From contig JBBPEB010000014.1 of NCBI GenBank assembly GCA_039096225.1, forward strand, positions 682,001 to 746,000: DNA of 64,000 nucleotides, written 5' to 3'. Every line of letters begins with the position of its first letter. Within the stretch, counting starts at the first letter, position 1. The position numbers and the translations under genes were made by a program. Under the pieces are notes generated by a model. It was not told the origin of the DNA, ran no database searches, and saw only the letters and a program-made list of their open reading frames with translations. Of this stretch, positions 60,863 to 64,000 are shown piece by piece. Origin of the DNA: Blastocystis sp. Blastoise (Eukaryota; Protista; Bigyra: Opalinata).

Positions 60863-63800
60863 ATGAAAGTTTATATTCTGCTACTCTTAATTCTAATAAG
60901 TATATCTCTTCAATTGTTGATCCAATAGATTCACTTTTTATAGGTGCTGCTGAGCAGTGTTTGACACCAAAAGTCGCTGTGAAGTTCTTAAGACAATATT
61001 CTAGTGAAGCTAGGGAAGAAAGACTTAAAATATATGAAGGAAACTATGCTGATGGAAAATTAGTGGCTACTATTGATGGAGTCAATATGGCCAATCAATT
61101 AAAAGCTTATGAGTACTGTTTGAGTCCTGTTGCTCACCAACTTGTTGCTACCGATAGGTATGTGATTTTTAGTAATTATAAAACTGAATTATTATTTCTT
61201 TAGTGGTAATTCTGGTTGGACTGTAGGATCTGAAGTTACTGTTTCCGTAAATGATATAACTCTTTTCAAAGATACACTTGAAAGAGGATCTTATGCTGAA
61301 TGGATTATCTATCGTATATACTATTCTATTCTTATTATATATGTTGTTAAAATATTTACTTTATATTTAATAAGTTTTTTTCTTCTTTTTTCTCTCACTA
61401 TATATATATATATATATATAGCTGGATTTATAGTCCCTAAATCTTCTCAATGGAAATATTCAACTATTGCTCAATCTGATTCTACTTGGACTCAGTCTAC
61501 TTATGATGTTACTTCTTGGTCTACTTATTCTAGTGGTTCTTTTCCTACTACTATAGCTTCTACTACTCGTTATTATCGTACTACTATTACTCTTCCTGAT
61601 CTTACTAATTTTGCTGCCTTTGAATTAGGTATTAATGCTAAAGAAGGAATGATTGTATATATAAATGGTCAAGAATTATTCAGAAGAAATATGGCTGATG
61701 GTGCTATTTTGGGAACTACTCTTGCTACTAATGAAGATACTACTTATGCTTATAGAAGAATTACTCATTCTATAAAGAAATACTTTACTACTCTTAATGA
61801 AATTACTATTGCTGTTGAAATACATCCTAGTGCTACTTCCGTTGCTGGAGAAGATTTATTTGATTGTTTCCTTATTCCTATCTATGGATCTTGTTCTAAA
61901 CGTACTCATGAAGGACTAGCTACTAGTATTCCTGTTTCTCCTGCTACTGAAGGTGTTAATTATGCTTTTGATGACAATAGAGATACACAATGGATATCAA
62001 CATTATTACCTACTGCTATTCTTTATCAATTTAATGATGGTCGACGTGAATGGATTAATAAATATGAAATCACTTCTTCACATGATTATCCTGAAAGAGA
62101 TCCTAAAGTATTTACATTTGCTGGTTCTAATGATAATGGTGTTTCTTGGAATCTATTAGATATTAATTCTCGCGTTGTATTTGATACTAGAAAACAAACA
62201 AAATCATTTATTATACCATCTAATAATGTAGCTTATAATATGTATAAATTAGAAATTACTTCTGTTGTCGGTAATGATATTAAAACTCAATTATCTGAAG
62301 TAGAACTTTATTCTTGTAATATTGATATTATTACTGATTTTATTTACGAAAAAACTTCCTATATTTGGTATAAAGATTTAGATTCTATATATTTATCTCC
62401 ATATTCTTCTGGATTAGAAACATTTACTCTTACTGCTCCTACTACTTTACCTGATGGACTTACATTTGAATCAACTACTGGTGAAATTTATGGAACCCCT
62501 TCTACTGTTTATTCTGGTGTTTTTACTATTAGTGCTGTTAATGCAGTTACGAAGGCTCCTGTTACTTGTACACTTACTATAAGTATTATTGAATGTGATG
62601 GTATCAATAATATACCTATTCAAATAAGTAAAACTTCAGGTGGAGAAACTCCTTGGTCTGAAGTTGTTTCTCTTATCGATACTAATAATTCTACTGTTTA
62701 TTCTGCTCCTGGATTAGAATACGCAGAGCAAGTATCCAATCTCTGTTTACCTGCTGGTTTATATACATTAGAAATGAAAGATCTAGATTCTGCTTCTTGG
62801 GATTCAACATCTATTCTTACAATTAAACTAATAGCTTCTTCTAATGATGCTCATATAATCTTTAAAGGATCATTACATGATACATATATGGCTAAAACAC
62901 AAATTAATATTCAATATTTAGTTGAACCTCATAATCCTAGTGTATTATGTTATTTAGCCGATACTCCTGTTGCTGATAATTGGTATTCTTCTCAATATAC
63001 TCCTGATTCTACTTGGACTCCTTGTTTAGCTCTTTCTGAAAGACCTTCTTCTGAAGCTAATGAACACTATTTCAGACATACATTTAATATAGATAATAAA
63101 TCTATGTTTGCTGCTGTTGAGTTTAATATTAATGCTGCTGATTCTATTGCTATATATATGAATGATGTTCTTGTTTTACGTAATGGACTTTCTGAAAATA
63201 ATGTATCACTTATGAATAGTACTGATTATTCTCGTCGTTCATTTACTATAGATATTCATCATCTTCAAGAAGGTACAAATGTATTAAGTATTATTCAAGT
63301 ATTTTCAGATGAAACTGTACTTCCTATAACTGTTAATTTTGATTTTTCTCTTCGACTTCTTCTTTCTTCTTCTTTATTTAGTTCTACTTTTGATATGAAT
63401 ACTGAAGTATTATCTTTAAATCAATTAGAAACTGCTGATAATCTTGTTGATGGGTTTTATGATACTTTCTGGCAATTTACTGCTACTCAATCTACTATTG
63501 CTCCTATTGATATTTTCTTTACATATCGTGACTCTAATCAATATGGATATTATAATAAATATTGTATTGTAAATAGTGTTGATACTCCTAATAGTGATCC
63601 TATTGATTGGACTTTTAAAGGATGTGTAGGTGAAAATTGTGTAGTTCTTGATATAGAATCAAATATCATGTGGAGAGCAAGACTTCAAAGACAATGTTTC
63701 TTTATGAATATTCATCATGAATCTTTTAATAGTTATACATTAACTATTACTAAACATACTGGATATGGAAATACGAATGTTGTTGGATTTAATGAATTTG

Positions 63801-64000
63801 AATTATTAACTTTAGATTTAGTAAATTTACCTGTAGAACCTCTTGTTTATACACCTAATACTATCATTGGATATAAAGATATTGATATATCTACCATAAC
63901 TCCTACTGCTAATTATCATAACTTTTCTGTTTTAGATGGTACTCTTCCTACTGGTATTTATATAGATACTAATAGTGGATATATCTATGGTAAATCATCT
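60863..64000 (+). CDS. Second Ig-repeat surface protein (paralog of 42380-49685), 3' truncated by the window end
   Basis: Signal-like [12 protein letters not shown], three short exons, then an open exon from 61422 to the end of the window. Contains TLPDGLTFESTTGEIYGTP, TLPTGIYIDTNSGYIYG and YAFDDNRDTQW. Confidence 0.88.

Overview
AT-rich (roughly 20-25% GC by eye), gene-dense eukaryotic nuclear DNA. Introns are short, mostly GTAT(A/T)...TAG, and often filled with microsatellites, so most ORF-track entries are single exons or intron noise. The gene content suggests an anaerobic gut stramenopile such as Blastocystis or a relative: an expanded Ig-repeat surface-protein family, a Firmicutes-like intronless gene and short AT-AC introns. 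That assignment is inference only. I reconstructed 19 protein genes by hand-splicing, plus one tRNA-Ala(CGC): LRR protein, RPL32, conserved hypothetical, TACC coiled-coil, SANT protein, Ubl-TM protein, PABP, a membrane selenoprotein, a ZnT5/7-type CDF, a PEX4-like E2, a bacterial-type membrane protein, a Zn-finger/penta-EF-hand protein, a C2H2 protein, a DHX57-like helicase, an FN3-CaaX protein, two Ig-repeat surface proteins, TOP3B and an NFRKB-like protein. The main highlights are: (1) an intronless membrane selenoprotein missed by the ORF track, with two in-frame UGA codons and at least two SECIS elements in a long 3' UTR; (2) an RPL32 gene whose central exon is flanked on both sides by non-canonical splice sites (GT-AT and GG-AG introns); (3) three U12-type AT-AC introns alternating with GT-AG introns in the helicase; (4) further candidate non-canonical donors and a 7-nt microexon.
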